A stretch of DNA of 64,000 nucleotides from Acidaminococcaceae bacterium (GCA_036788835.1 DAIQMR010000007.1:14096-78095), one strand, 5' to 3'. Shown: positions 31,075-41,750, counted from the stretch's first letter. Notes: a model not told the origin generated them from the letters alone. Translations and numbers: made by a program.

Positions 31075-31390
31075 AATATCACAACTTTCTCTTTTGATTG
31101 AATTACAAAGCAACTAGCTTTCCTACTATTTTACTATAAAATCGTCTTTATGAAAAGCAATAATTTTTATTGACATTAACAAGTTAAAAACATAAACTCT
31201 TATGTATACGATAAAAAAGGCAGATACCGCTTTGTTTTGTCGGCCGGTAAAATCTTTTGCGGCTTCACATGTAGCAAAAAGTATTCTCGGCCCTTTCCGC
31301 TGCGCTATGTCTGACCATATGTCGGGGAGCACTGAAAATGGTGTATTGACCGATTTTTTAGTGTTCACGTCGACCAAAAGGAGCTTGTTT

Positions 31391-31957
31391 ATGGAGAAAG
31401 AACCGGTTTTAATTAATGTGCCAGCTGCCAAAGACAGCCACAGATGGGTAGCTGTTACAGCATTATTGTTAGCAATTGGCATAATTTTGCACACCATCAG
31501 TCCGAATGTAGGCGGGGTAACACCGAACTGGACAATTGCCATGTATTCCATTACTATTTCCTTAACTAATCCCAGCTTCAGTCGTGCCCTGGGGATTGGC
31601 TTTGTAGCCGGGATGACCATAGTGCCTTCTTCTAAGTCCGCATTCCCACTGGGAAATATTGCCAGTGAGCTGGCCGGCGCTACTACTGCCTGTCTTTTGG
31701 TGAAATTGTTTCTGGCAGCCCATTTGGACAAATTTAAATTCAAAGGTTTCTTTATTGGCGGCATTGCTACCATGGTCAGCGGGGGTTTGTTTACCTTTAT
31801 CTTAAAATTAGTTCTTAATCTTCCCCTTAAAGTATGGATTACCGCCATGCTGCCCGTAGTTGCCCTTGTGGGTTTGGTAAACGGCATTGTGACTCAGGTC
31901 CTTTACACTCCTGTAAGAAGATTGTTCTTTATGCAGGGAGGTAAAAAAGATGAGTGA
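31391..31957 (+). CDS. ECF transporter substrate-specific (S) component, TrpP-like
   Basis: 188 aa with about 6 TM segments. AIGIILHTISP...GFVAGMTIVPSSKSAFPLGNIASE resembles B. subtilis TrpP/YhaG. RBS GGAG lies 7 nt upstream and ECF A/A'/T genes follow directly. Confidence 0.55.
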   Translation: MEKEPVLINVPAAKDSHRWVAVTALLLAIGIILHTISPNVGGVTPNWTIAMYSITISLTNPSFSRALGIGFVAGMTIVPSSKSAFPLGNIASELAGATTACLLVKLFLAAHLDKFKFKGFFIGGIATMVSGGLFTFILKLVLNLPLKVWITAMLPVVALVGLVNGIVTQVLYTPVRRLFFMQGGKKDE

Positions 31958-32813
31958 GGCTGTTATTAAATTCACGGATTTTTATTTTAAATATTTAGGC
32001 AGCGGCTTAGTTTTGCAAAATGTTAATCTTGCTATTCCCCAAGGTTCTTTTACGGTTATGGCAGGTCCCAGCGGCGCAGGGAAGACAACTCTGTGCAAAG
32101 CCATGCTGGGTATTGTGCCTTTCTACTATGGTGGCAGCTACTATGGTTCTATTGAAGTACTGGGTGAGAATATCCAAGGCAAAAGAGTATCTGATTTGGC
32201 CATGAGAGTAGGCCTGATGCTGGATGATTACGAAAGTCAGCTGGTTTCTCTCACGGCAGGGGAAGAGGTGGCTTTCAGTCTTTTGAATCATGGGTTTGAT
32301 CCCAAAGAAGTGGAAACCAGAACCAAACGGGCTTTGGCAGATGTAGGACTGCCGGGCCGGGAGAACTATCAGCTGGACGAATTGTCCGGAGGCCAAAGGC
32401 AGAGATTGCTGCTGGCTTCGGTACTGGCCGTTCATCCGGAAATATTGGTGCTGGATGAACCCGTTTCCGCCATGGATCCCGACGGAGCCAAGTCACTGTA
32501 TGCTTTGCTCTATAAAATTTACCAAAAATATAATATGACGGTAGTTGTTGTGGAACACGATATTAATAACTTATTGTCCTATGCTACCCACATGGTTATT
32601 GTGGACAAGGGCCGCATTGCTGCCCAAGGTCCTGTTATGGAAGCGGCAAGAACCACCTACGATAATCCGATTTTACGGGAAAATCTGCCCAGATTATGGC
32701 AGATAAAGTTTAATCTGGAACAACGGTTTAATATTCAACTGGGGGATTGGCGCAGCGAAGAAGAAGCTCAGCAGGAATTACAAGAAAAATTTCAGGGAGG
32801 GATGGGTAAATGA
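31950..32813 (+). CDS. ecfA: ECF transporter ATPase component A
   Basis: Walker A GPSGAGKTT, signature LSGGQRQR and Walker B LVLDEP. Confidence 0.88.
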   Translation: MSEAVIKFTDFYFKYLGSGLVLQNVNLAIPQGSFTVMAGPSGAGKTTLCKAMLGIVPFYYGGSYYGSIEVLGENIQGKRVSDLAMRVGLMLDDYESQLVSLTAGEEVAFSLLNHGFDPKEVETRTKRALADVGLPGRENYQLDELSGGQRQRLLLASVLAVHPEILVLDEPVSAMDPDGAKSLYALLYKIYQKYNMTVVVVEHDINNLLSYATHMVIVDKGRIAAQGPVMEAARTTYDNPILRENLPRLWQIKFNLEQRFNIQLGDWRSEEEAQQELQEKFQGGMGK

Positions 32814-33616
32814 TAGAAGCACAAGAAGTTAATTTTGCCTATCGCCGTGGTGAGCCGGTGCTGCACGATATTAGCTGTTCCATTGCAGATGGGGAGAGCC
32901 TGGCTCTTTTGGGGCACAACGGCAGCGGTAAAACCACTCTTACCAGATTGTTTATGGCTTTGGATCATCCCAGAAGCGGGCAGGTCCTGGTGGACGGCAA
33001 CAATATTGAAAAGTGTGAGCCGGCGGATTTGGCTGATAAAATCGGCTATGTTTTCCAAAACCCGGATTTACAAATTCTGGAAGACACGGTTTTCGACGAA
33101 GTCGCCTATGGACTTAAAAACAAAGAACTTTCGGAAGAAAACATTCAACATCAGGTATCCGTGGCCCTGGAAGCCATGGGACTGTCAGAGCTGACGGATA
33201 TTTACCCCAGGAGCCTGTCCTTTGGACAAAAGCGCCGTCTGGGAGTAGCTGCGGCCCTGGCTCTCAATCCCCGGACTCTTATTCTGGACGAGATTACCAA
33301 CGGTCAGGATGAGCAGGAAAAAGAAATGATGATGAATTACCTGAAAAAGTTAAATGAAGAAAAACATATTACTGTTATTCTTATTACTCACGATATGGAA
33401 ATTGCCAGAAAGTATACCAAACGGTCTCTGGTTCTTTATAACGGGGACATGGTGTTTGACGGGGCTACGGAGCAGCTTTTCGATGGAATGAAAGACCTGA
33501 CACCCTGGGGTCTGTCTCAGCCGCCTTTGGCCAAATTAGGCGCAGCCTTCGGGATTAAAGCCCTGAATACGGCGGATTTCTGCGACAGTCTGGCAATTAA
33601 GGAGGCGGCAAAATGA
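32810..33616 (+). CDS. ecfA: ECF transporter ATPase component A'
   Basis: Walker A GHNGSGKTT, signature LSFGQKRR and Walker B LILDEITNG. Confidence 0.88.
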   Translation: MIEAQEVNFAYRRGEPVLHDISCSIADGESLALLGHNGSGKTTLTRLFMALDHPRSGQVLVDGNNIEKCEPADLADKIGYVFQNPDLQILEDTVFDEVAYGLKNKELSEENIQHQVSVALEAMGLSELTDIYPRSLSFGQKRRLGVAAALALNPRTLILDEITNGQDEQEKEMMMNYLKKLNEEKHITVILITHDMEIARKYTKRSLVLYNGDMVFDGATEQLFDGMKDLTPWGLSQPPLAKLGAAFGIKALNTADFCDSLAIKEAAK

Positions 33617-34287
33617 GAATTACTGCTTTTACCCAACTAATTTTGGTCTTGGCTGTTACAGCCTGGGTATTTTTGCTTCCTGTTCCGGCGGTAGCCATGC
33701 TTCTGGCCTTGGAACTAGTGCTGCTCTTGTATATTAAGCATGATAGAATGACCATGGCGGCTATTGGTGCCTTGACAGTATTTACGGGAATGATGATAGT
33801 TCTTCAGTTACTCTTTGGTTCTTCTCTGTACATTTCTTTGACCGGTGGTTTGAGAATGTTCGTAATGACTACGGCTTTTTTGGACCTTTTGGCAGCTACA
33901 AAAATTCAGGATATTGCTCAGGCTTTGGTGGAAAAGTTTCACATGCCCTGTGAATACGCCTTCATGCTGACCACGGCTCTGCGTTTCGTACCTGATTTTC
34001 TGGCAGACAGCGCTAATACCCTGGATGCCCAGTCCTGCCGTGGCTATTCCAATCGGGGCAATGTGCTGAAGCGTCTCTATGCCTATCTGGCAGTGGTAAA
34101 GCCGCTGGTGATGCGGGCCATAGCCAAATCCGATACTTTGGCTCTTTCTATGGAGCTGAAAGGCTTTGGGGCCAATACCTATAAGAATATGCAGCCGCAG
34201 GTTTTGAAAATAATGGATTACTTGGTGCTTTTACTGATACTTTTGCTTAGCACCTACCCATTCTGGCACAAATTAATAGTGAAATAA
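33613..34287 (+). CDS. ecfT: ECF transporter transmembrane component T (CbiQ family)
   Basis: 224 aa, polytopic, with the C-terminal coupling-helix region ALRFVP ... ALSMELKGFG. Confidence 0.8.
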   Translation: MRITAFTQLILVLAVTAWVFLLPVPAVAMLLALELVLLLYIKHDRMTMAAIGALTVFTGMMIVLQLLFGSSLYISLTGGLRMFVMTTAFLDLLAATKIQDIAQALVEKFHMPCEYAFMLTTALRFVPDFLADSANTLDAQSCRGYSNRGNVLKRLYAYLAVVKPLVMRAIAKSDTLALSMELKGFGANTYKNMQPQVLKIMDYLVLLLILLLSTYPFWHKLIVK

Positions 34288-34291
34288 TAAT

Positions 34292-34332
34292 ATTGCACTG
34301 AACACTTTGGAAAAAGGTTTAGTGCAATTTTT
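34292..34332 (+). terminator. Intrinsic terminator after the ECF operon
   Basis: Stem attgcactgaac / gtttagtgcaat followed by a T-run. Confidence 0.6.
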
Positions 34333-34479
34333 ATAAAAATGTGATATTTTTGTAAACAAAAACTAATTCTTCCTATAAATTGAAAAATATAGTATAATTA
34401 TGGTGTATAATTTTATTATACACCAAAAAAATTTAGGATAAAAGGATTTGCATAAAAAATTTTTTGAAAGCTGGGTGGT

Positions 34480-35283
34480 ATGATGTTGACAAAAGAAATG
34501 TCTATCGGTGTTTTAGATTCCGGCGTTGGCGGTTTGACTGTTCTTAAAGAACTTCGTCGGAAGCTGCCTAATGAAAACTTCATCTTTTTGGGAGATACGG
34601 CTCGGGCTCCCTATGGTGTGCGCAGCGAAAAAGAAATCCGTCAATTTGTGGAAGATATGCTGTGCTTTTTTGATACCCAAAATGTCAAGCTGGTAGTGTC
34701 CGCTTGCAATACCATTACCACCTTGGGCATGGACACTTTGCAAAAGGCCCATAAGTTCGGACTCATTGGTATGTCCAAGGGGGAAAAGCTAGTGATGGCT
34801 GCCAGCAAGAAGAAGAAAATCGGTTTATTTGCCACACAGTTCACAGTGAATTCTCACATGCATCAGAAGGCATATAACGCCATAGATGTCAGGGTACAGG
34901 TTTACGGGGTGCCCTGCACGAAGTTCGTGCCTTTGGTAGAGGCTGCTAAGTTCGGTACACCGGAAATGTCCGCGGCTATTATGGAATACACGGATGAAGC
35001 CAAGAAAGACGGAGTAGATGTAGTTCTTCTGGGCTGTACCCATTTCCCGTTTTTGCAGAAGGAAATTCAAAAGGTCATGGGTCCCAATGTGACTGTCATT
35101 GACCCGGCGGCGGAAACGGCCACGGATGTAGAACATTATCTGATAGAAGAAGGCTTGTACAAAATGACAGGTACAGGCAGTACGGTGATTAATTTCACGG
35201 GAGATATGGAAAAGGGTAAGAAACTGGTTTCCTATGGCATGCCCGGTGAAACATTTGTTTTCAATAAAATAACCCTGGGGTAA
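34480..35283 (+). CDS. murI: Glutamate racemase
   Basis: VLDSGVGGLTV, with catalytic Cys motifs SACNT and GCTHFP. Confidence 0.93.
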   Translation: MMLTKEMSIGVLDSGVGGLTVLKELRRKLPNENFIFLGDTARAPYGVRSEKEIRQFVEDMLCFFDTQNVKLVVSACNTITTLGMDTLQKAHKFGLIGMSKGEKLVMAASKKKKIGLFATQFTVNSHMHQKAYNAIDVRVQVYGVPCTKFVPLVEAAKFGTPEMSAAIMEYTDEAKKDGVDVVLLGCTHFPFLQKEIQKVMGPNVTVIDPAAETATDVEHYLIEEGLYKMTGTGSTVINFTGDMEKGKKLVSYGMPGETFVFNKITLG

Positions 35284-35325
35284 AAGACATAAGATAATCT
35301 AGCAAAGGTGGTGATAAAATTGTCA

Positions 35326-35625
35326 ATGATTGAAGAAATTAAGGCAGCAGAAAAGGCGGCTGATGAATCACAACAATTGGCAACCCTGGAAGCCAGAAAT
35401 TTATTAAGAGATGCAGAAGATAAGGCCCGGCAAGAAGCAGAGGCATTACTCGTGACTGCCAGAAACAAGGCCAAGGAAGCAGTAACAAAGGCAGAAACCA
35501 CAGCGAAAACACAAGCTCAGGAGATTTTGACTAAACGGTCTGCGGAGGATGCGGCGCTGACGCAAGCCGCCGAGGGAAACATACCTCAGGCAGTAAAGTA
35601 TATTCTAGAAAAGGTCGTGGTCTAA
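35326..35625 (+). CDS. ntpF: V-type ATPase small peripheral-stalk subunit (G/H-like, NtpF position)
   Basis: About 100 aa of charged coiled-coil (IEEIKAAEKAADES...). It is the first gene of an ntp-type operon. The start is ambiguous between TTG 35320 and ATG 35326. Confidence 0.6.
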   Translation: MIEEIKAAEKAADESQQLATLEARNLLRDAEDKARQEAEALLVTARNKAKEAVTKAETTAKTQAQEILTKRSAEDAALTQAAEGNIPQAVKYILEKVVV

Positions 35626-35626
35626 A

Positions 35627-37483
35627 ATGTTAGTGCCAATGAAAAGACTAACTTTATATGCCCTTAAAGACGACCGGGATGCCCTACTGCTGGCATTGCA
35701 GAAAGACGGAAATGTCATGTTCATCCAAACCGACGATAAAGCGGCCCTGCCCGGAGCAGAAGAGGTCAGCAGTCAATTGGACAAAGCCAAGGAAGTGATT
35801 CATTTCCTGGATAGCCACGGGGCTAAAAAATCCATCCTGGCACCTAAGGCTCCGGTACCGTATCGACAGTTCCTTATTGAATCAAAAAGCGGTCAGGACA
35901 CTATGGGTGAGGCAGAGGCTTTAGCCGGTCAGATTGCTACTCTTCGTAATGAGGAAATGAATTTAAATACCCAGGCGGAAAATCTGGGGCCTTGGCTGAA
36001 TCTGGACATACCCTTGGAAGAACTTAAGGCTACGGAAACAACAGATTGCTTTGTAGGTTACCTGCCGGAAGAAGACTTGGCGGGCTACCTTAAGGCAACA
36101 GAGGAATTTCTGGTGGACACCAATCGTTTAGGCGTTGGCCCGGAAGGCATAGCCATGGTAGTTATTGCCCACAAGAGCCAGGCGCAGGAAATCAAACATA
36201 TTTTGAAAGAGCACAATTTTTCCGATGCTCTTCTGCCCAAACGTACCGGTATGGCTACTCAGGTAGTGGAAGAACTGAAAACAGAAGTTGCTAGGAAAGA
36301 AGAAGAGGTTCAGACCTTAGAAGCCAAGGCTAAAGAAATCGCCGGCCGAAAAGACCAGGTAGCTCTTTATGCCGACCAAATGGCGGCCAAGGAAGCCAGA
36401 CTGGCTAACGGCGGCACTGAAACAGTAAAAACCTTCTGTCTCCATGGCTGGGTACGCAAGGATCGTACGGAACGGGTGGAAACAGCCTTAAAAAGTGTTA
36501 CTGATGCTTATGAACTGGCTTTCAGAGATCCTCAAGAAGGGGAGACACCTCCTTCTGTTATGGAAAACAATAAATTAGTAGCGCCTTACGAATCCGTTGT
36601 AGAATTATACTCCCTGCCTAAAGTCGGCACGGTAGATCCTGATTTAATAATGGCACCTTTCCATTTTATTTTCTTCGGAATGATGTTGTCTGATGCAGGT
36701 TACGGATTGGTTCTCACTATTGCTCTATTTATTGCGGTGAAGTTATTTAAGCCTCAGGGCTTTGCGGGAAAATTAACCATGGTTATTTTTTTCGGCAGTA
36801 TCTCGACGGTAATCTGGGGCGCCATGTTTGGCGGCTGGTTCGGGCTGGAGTGGCATCCGCTGCTTTTTGTTCCCATGAATGAACCTATTAAGATGCTGGC
36901 TTTGTGCTATGGGCTGGGTGTTATTCATCTGGTTTGCGGCATACTCATCAAAGTCTACACACTTATCAAAGCAGGAGATATTATGGGCGCTGTTTGCGAC
37001 CAAATCAGCTGGCTGATTATGTTTACCGGGTTCTTCTTTATGGGAATTATGCCGGGCCCGGCGGGCAAATATATGGCACTCTTCGGAGCGGCTATTATCC
37101 TGCTCTTTGGAGGAAGGGAAAAGAAAGGTATCATTTCCCGGATTATCGGCGGCCTCTTGAGCTTGTATAACATCAGCAGTTACTTAAGCGATTTACTCAG
37201 CTATTCCCGTATTTTCGCTTTAGGTTTGGCTACCGGCGTTATTGCCATGGTACTTAATACCATTGCTAAGATGCTCATCGGCATGGGACCTGTAGGTATT
37301 GTTTTTGCAGTTCTGCTGCTCATAGGCGGACACACCTTTAATATTATCATCAACGTATTAGGTGCTTTCGTACACAGCTCCCGGTTGCAGTACATTGAAT
37401 TTTTTGGCAAGTTTTTTGAAGCCGGCGGCAGAGCCTTTGTACCCCTTGCTTTGAGAACCAAATATACAGACGTAACTAAATAA
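35627..37483 (+). CDS. ntpI: V-type ATPase subunit I (a-type stator)
   Basis: 618 aa with a soluble N-terminal half and a polytopic C-terminal half that carries the conserved Arg region HSSRLQYIEFF. Confidence 0.9.
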   Translation: MLVPMKRLTLYALKDDRDALLLALQKDGNVMFIQTDDKAALPGAEEVSSQLDKAKEVIHFLDSHGAKKSILAPKAPVPYRQFLIESKSGQDTMGEAEALAGQIATLRNEEMNLNTQAENLGPWLNLDIPLEELKATETTDCFVGYLPEEDLAGYLKATEEFLVDTNRLGVGPEGIAMVVIAHKSQAQEIKHILKEHNFSDALLPKRTGMATQVVEELKTEVARKEEEVQTLEAKAKEIAGRKDQVALYADQMAAKEARLANGGTETVKTFCLHGWVRKDRTERVETALKSVTDAYELAFRDPQEGETPPSVMENNKLVAPYESVVELYSLPKVGTVDPDLIMAPFHFIFFGMMLSDAGYGLVLTIALFIAVKLFKPQGFAGKLTMVIFFGSISTVIWGAMFGGWFGLEWHPLLFVPMNEPIKMLALCYGLGVIHLVCGILIKVYTLIKAGDIMGAVCDQISWLIMFTGFFFMGIMPGPAGKYMALFGAAIILLFGGREKKGIISRIIGGLLSLYNISSYLSDLLSYSRIFALGLATGVIAMVLNTIAKMLIGMGPVGIVFAVLLLIGGHTFNIIINVLGAFVHSSRLQYIEFFGKFFEAGGRAFVPLALRTKYTDVTK

Positions 37484-37510
37484 ATCAGAAAATTTAAGGA
37501 GGATTTAATT

Positions 37511-37990
37511 ATGATTACATTAGGAACAGCACTGGCTTTTGCCGGAGCAGCATTTTCAGCAGCCCTGTCAGGTGTGGGCAGTGCAAAAGGATTGGCAATT
37601 GCAGGTCAAGCAGGCAGTGGTGTTGTGGCAGAAGATCCGGATAAGTTCGGTAATGTTTTGGTATTGCAAGCTTTGCCGGGTACTCAGGGCATTTATGGTT
37701 TGCTGATTGCTTTCATTATTTTGTTAAAGATCGGTGCCGTAGGCGGCAGCGGTGTACAGGAATTAACTACTTATCAAGGCTTAGCATTATTTTTTGCAGC
37801 CTTCCCTATGGGCATCGGCGGTTTGCTTTCTGCCATTGCTCAGGGCAAAGTTGCTGCAGCAGGAATTTATCTGACGGCTAAGCGTCCTGAAGAATTTGGT
37901 AAAGGCGTTACCATGACAGCTATGGTTGAAACCTATGCTGTATTGGCTTTGCTTATTTCCTTCTTAATGGTTTATGGTATTAATGTCTAA
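37511..37990 (+). CDS. ntpK: V-type ATPase proteolipid subunit K (4-TM double hairpin)
   Basis: 159 aa. LQALPGTQGIYG, AIAQGKVAAAG and AMVETYAVL closely mirror E. hirae NtpK. Confidence 0.92.
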   Translation: MITLGTALAFAGAAFSAALSGVGSAKGLAIAGQAGSGVVAEDPDKFGNVLVLQALPGTQGIYGLLIAFIILLKIGAVGGSGVQELTTYQGLALFFAAFPMGIGGLLSAIAQGKVAAAGIYLTAKRPEEFGKGVTMTAMVETYAVLALLISFLMVYGINV

Positions 37991-38010
37991 TAAGTAAGGA
38001 GAAAAATACT

Positions 38011-38619
38011 GTGGCAGCAAACAAAATTATCGAAAAAATACAGCAGGAAGCTCAGCAAAACGCTGCGGACATTCGTTCTGCCGCTGAAGAAAAGGCTGCT
38101 GGCCTTAAAGCAAAAATTATGGCTGATGCCAATGAACAAATAAAGGCTATTAATGCCCAAGCCACAATTGATGCGGACGAAGCCGGACGTCGTCAAGTGC
38201 TGATTGCCGAGCTGGATACCAGAAAGAAATCTCTGGGCAGCAAAAGGGATGTTATCGAAAAGGCCTTTGCGGGAGCACAAGAGGCTTTGGCTCAACTTCC
38301 CGAAGACCGGTGGGAAAAACTGATTACCGACATTGTATTGGGTGCCAGTACCACCGGCACGGAAAAGCTTCAAGTACCGGCTCAAGATGCGGATAAATAT
38401 AAAAACGGCTTATTAACCAAGCTAAATAATGCCTTGGTTCAAGCCGGTAAAAAGGGCGGGTTGACTTTAAGCGAGACCCCGGCTGCTTTTAAGGGCGGAG
38501 TTATGCTTATTGGTGAAACCAGTGATTATGATGGTTCTTTTGCAACCCTTCTGCAAGACATCCGTACCCGGGAGGAAAAGAATGTGGCTAACATCCTGTT
38601 TGGTACGGAGGTGAAGTGA
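38011..38619 (+). CDS. ntpE: V-type ATPase subunit E
   Basis: 202 aa with an N-terminal long helix and a C-terminal globular domain. Its operon position matches. The start codon is GTG. Confidence 0.85.
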   Translation: MAANKIIEKIQQEAQQNAADIRSAAEEKAAGLKAKIMADANEQIKAINAQATIDADEAGRRQVLIAELDTRKKSLGSKRDVIEKAFAGAQEALAQLPEDRWEKLITDIVLGASTTGTEKLQVPAQDADKYKNGLLTKLNNALVQAGKKGGLTLSETPAAFKGGVMLIGETSDYDGSFATLLQDIRTREEKNVANILFGTEVK

Positions 38620-38620
38620 T

Positions 38621-39613
38621 ATGCCGCAAAGCAGCTTAGAATATGCTATTGGTAGTATCAGCGTTCTCTCTACCCATTTACTGACCCAGCCGCAGCTGAG
38701 AAGGATTGTGGAAGCACCTACAACGAAAGAAGCCTTGTCTGTGCTTTTGGAAACAGGCTATGCAGAAGGTGTTTCCGAAGCCATTGTGCAAGAAGGGGAA
38801 ATCGATAAAATCATCCGTGAACAAATGCAGCTCTCTCGCAAAAAGATTATGGGCCTGACACCGGATGAGGATTTGACCGGACTTTTTCTGCTGGATGTGG
38901 ATACCCACAACATTAAAACATTGTTAAAAGCGCGTCTTTTAGGTACAGATGGGAGCGAGTTTTTGCGAGATGGCGGTGTCTTTTCCTTAGAATTATTAAA
39001 AGATGCCATTGCTACGAAATATTACGACGATTTGCCGGAAATTTATGCGGTCACCATGAATAAAATTGAGACAGAATTGGTCAGGGGCATTGATCCTCTC
39101 CGCTTCAGCGCTCAAATTGACGGGGCTATGTTCAAGGAAGTGGCAAAAGTTCTGCAAGAAAAAAATGAGCATGGCTTCATTAAAGACTATTTTTCTCTTT
39201 GGGCAGATTTTCTTAATGCAGAAAGTTTGCTCAGGGCCAGATTAATGAAGTGGGATGTTGACAAGCTCCGTTTTGTTCTGGTAGAAGCCGGGGACATGGA
39301 TTTCAAGACATTTACGGAGAATATGGAAACACCCCCAGAGCAATTTGTCCAAAAGCTTAATGTAGGTAAAAATGGCACGCATATAGCTCAGGCCATTAAC
39401 GAATATATGCAAACAAAAGATATGACCATTATTAACAAACACATGCATACAGCTCTTTTAGATATTCTGCGGGAAAAGAAATGGGACTACGAATCAATGG
39501 GTCCCGTTATTGGCTACCTGGTAGCCAGACAGACAGAGGCAATAGCTTTGAGAGCAATCTTTGGTGCAAAGCAAGGTGGCTTTGAAGTGGAATTGCCGGA
39601 ACTCTTTTCTTAA
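38621..39613 (+). CDS. ntpC: V-type ATPase subunit C (d-type)
   Basis: 330 aa, helical, at the expected operon position. Confidence 0.85.
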   Translation: MPQSSLEYAIGSISVLSTHLLTQPQLRRIVEAPTTKEALSVLLETGYAEGVSEAIVQEGEIDKIIREQMQLSRKKIMGLTPDEDLTGLFLLDVDTHNIKTLLKARLLGTDGSEFLRDGGVFSLELLKDAIATKYYDDLPEIYAVTMNKIETELVRGIDPLRFSAQIDGAMFKEVAKVLQEKNEHGFIKDYFSLWADFLNAESLLRARLMKWDVDKLRFVLVEAGDMDFKTFTENMETPPEQFVQKLNVGKNGTHIAQAINEYMQTKDMTIINKHMHTALLDILREKKWDYESMGPVIGYLVARQTEAIALRAIFGAKQGGFEVELPELFS

Positions 39614-39639
39614 AGAAGTTCTGCTAGGGAGGTAAGATT

Positions 39640-39966
39640 ATGGCAAAAAGAAAAATAGCAGTAATCGGTGATCCCAGCTCTGTTATGATTTATAAGGCAG
39701 TAGGCTTTGATGTTTTCTACGAAACAGAAAAAGCAAAAATAGAGCAGAGGATTCACAAGCTGGCTGAGGAAGACTACGTGATTATTTATATTACGGAGAC
39801 TGCCGCCCAGCTGGTACAAGAGGTAATCAACACATATGCGACCGCAACCTTTCCTGCCATCATACCCATTCCTGCCGGAACAAAATCCTTAGGATTAGGT
39901 ATGAAACGGATTAAGTCCAATGTAGAAAAAGCGGTTGGCGCTGATATTCTATTCAAAGAAGGGTAG
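39640..39966 (+). CDS. ntpG: V-type ATPase subunit F
   Basis: 108 aa with [22 protein letters not shown]. Confidence 0.88.
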   Translation: MAKRKIAVIGDPSSVMIYKAVGFDVFYETEKAKIEQRIHKLAEEDYVIIYITETAAQLVQEVINTYATATFPAIIPIPAGTKSLGLGMKRIKSNVEKAVGADILFKEG

Positions 39967-39977
39967 GGAAAAAATCA

Positions 39978-41750
39978 ATGAGTGGAACTATTGTAAAGGT
40001 ATCCGGTCCGTTGATTGTTGCTGAAGGTATGGGCGACGTGCATTTGTATGACGTGGTTCGGGTCAGCAAGCAGCATCTGATTGGCGAAGTAATTGAACTA
40101 AGAGGAGACAAGGCCTCCATTCAGGTTTATGAGGAAACCGCCGGCTTGGGCCCCGGTGAGCCTGTAGAAACCACAGGTGCCCCCTTGTCCGTAGAATTGG
40201 CCCCCGGTCTGATTGAAAGTATCTTTGATGGTATTCAAAGACCTTTGACTGAGATTTATAAACTTACCGGAGACCGCATTACACGCGGTATTGATGTACC
40301 GAAGCTGAACAGAAGCAAAAAATGGGAATTCGTTCCCGTGGCTAAAGTGGGAGAGGAAGTAAGCGGCGGTGACGTGCTGGGTACCGTTCAGGAGACTCCT
40401 GCCGTACTGCACAAAATCATGCTGCCTCCCGGCAAGGAAGGTACCGTGGAATGGATTTATTCCGGTGAGGCAACTATTACCGACCCGGTTTATAAGATTA
40501 AGGATAAAGAAGGAAAAGTTACTGAATATCCTATGCTCCAAACTTGGCCTGTGCGTGTAGCCCGCCCTTATAAGGACAAACAGGCACCCGACGAGCCTAT
40601 GGTTACCGGGCAGAGAGTTATTGATACGCTGTTTCCTATTGCTAAAGGCGGCGTGGCAGCTGTGCCGGGACCCTTCGGCAGCGGCAAGACGGTTATTCAG
40701 CATCAGCTGGCCAAATGGGCCGATGCAGACATTATCGTTTACGTAGGCTGTGGCGAACGGGGTAACGAAATGACGGACGTTCTGAACGAGTTTCCGGCTT
40801 TAAAGGATCCTCGCACAGGACTGCCTTTGATGAAGCGTACCGTTCTTATTGCCAATACTTCCGATATGCCTGTGGCAGCTCGTGAAGCATCTATTTATAC
40901 AGGTATTACCCTGGCAGAGTATTTCCGTGATATGGGTTACAAAGTAGCCATTATGGCTGACTCTACTTCCCGTTGGGCCGAAGCACTTCGTGAAATGTCC
41001 TCCCGTCTGGAAGAAATGCCCGGTGAAGAAGGCTATCCTGCCTACCTGGCATCACGTATGGCTGAGTTCTACGAAAGAGCCGGCGTAGTAGACTGTATAG
41101 GCAAGGAAAAACGCGTAGGAGCAGTTTCTGCCATTGGGGCAGTTTCCCCTCCCGGCGGCGATATTTCTGAACCTGTATCTCAGGCTACCTTGCGTATTGT
41201 AAAAGTGTTCTGGTGCTTGTCAGCATCACTGGCCTATGCCCGTCACTTCCCGGCTATCGACTGGCTTCAGAGCTATTCCCTGTATTCCGATAGATTGAGA
41301 GCCTATTACAATAGCAGCGTTGCACCTGATTGGGGCGAGCTGGTTGGTAAGACTGCGGTCATTCTTCAAGAGGAAGCCAGCTTAAACGAAATCGTCCGTT
41401 TGGTTGGTATTGATGCCCTGGGCTTCAAGGACCGTATTACTATGGAATGTGCCCGTTCTATCCGTGAAGATTATCTTCATCAGAACTCTTTTGATGAAGT
41501 TGATACCTACACTTCCCTGACTAAGCAATACGATATGCTGAAATTAATCATTACCTGGTACGACAAGGCTCTGGCTGCTTTGGAGCAGCATGTCCAATTA
41601 GATAAATTGATTGATATGCCCATCCGTGAGCATATAGGCAGAGCAAAATATATTCCGGAAAAGGAAGAGAAGGAAAAATTTGCCGCATTAAACAAAGAAA
41701 TGGATAAAGCGTTTTCAGACTTAACAGAGGAGGGTGGAGCTAATGCGTAA
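39978..41750 (+). CDS. ntpA: V-type ATPase catalytic subunit A
   Basis: 590 aa with Walker A GPFGSGKT and the non-homologous insert typical of A subunits. Confidence 0.96.
   Translation: MSGTIVKVSGPLIVAEGMGDVHLYDVVRVSKQHLIGEVIELRGDKASIQVYEETAGLGPGEPVETTGAPLSVELAPGLIESIFDGIQRPLTEIYKLTGDRITRGIDVPKLNRSKKWEFVPVAKVGEEVSGGDVLGTVQETPAVLHKIMLPPGKEGTVEWIYSGEATITDPVYKIKDKEGKVTEYPMLQTWPVRVARPYKDKQAPDEPMVTGQRVIDTLFPIAKGGVAAVPGPFGSGKTVIQHQLAKWADADIIVYVGCGERGNEMTDVLNEFPALKDPRTGLPLMKRTVLIANTSDMPVAAREASIYTGITLAEYFRDMGYKVAIMADSTSRWAEALREMSSRLEEMPGEEGYPAYLASRMAEFYERAGVVDCIGKEKRVGAVSAIGAVSPPGGDISEPVSQATLRIVKVFWCLSASLAYARHFPAIDWLQSYSLYSDRLRAYYNSSVAPDWGELVGKTAVILQEEASLNEIVRLVGIDALGFKDRITMECARSIREDYLHQNSFDEVDTYTSLTKQYDMLKLIITWYDKALAALEQHVQLDKLIDMPIREHIGRAKYIPEKEEKEKFAALNKEMDKAFSDLTEEGGANA

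Noticed and set aside
31176-31390. A riboswitch, T-box or TRAP site in the ECF S-component leader.
   Set aside because: I looked by eye for TPP (CTGAGA), cobalamin (GCCACTG), preQ1 and THF cores, the T-box GGTGGTACCGCG core, and (G/T)AG triplet arrays. None was found. It remains only an unclassified leader.
34401-34423. A perfect 10-bp hairpin ggtgtataat-ttt-attatacacc upstream of murI.
   Set aside because: It overlaps duplicated TATAAT-like promoter sequence and is followed by A rather than T residues. It more likely reflects AT-rich promoter sequence than a terminator or riboswitch.
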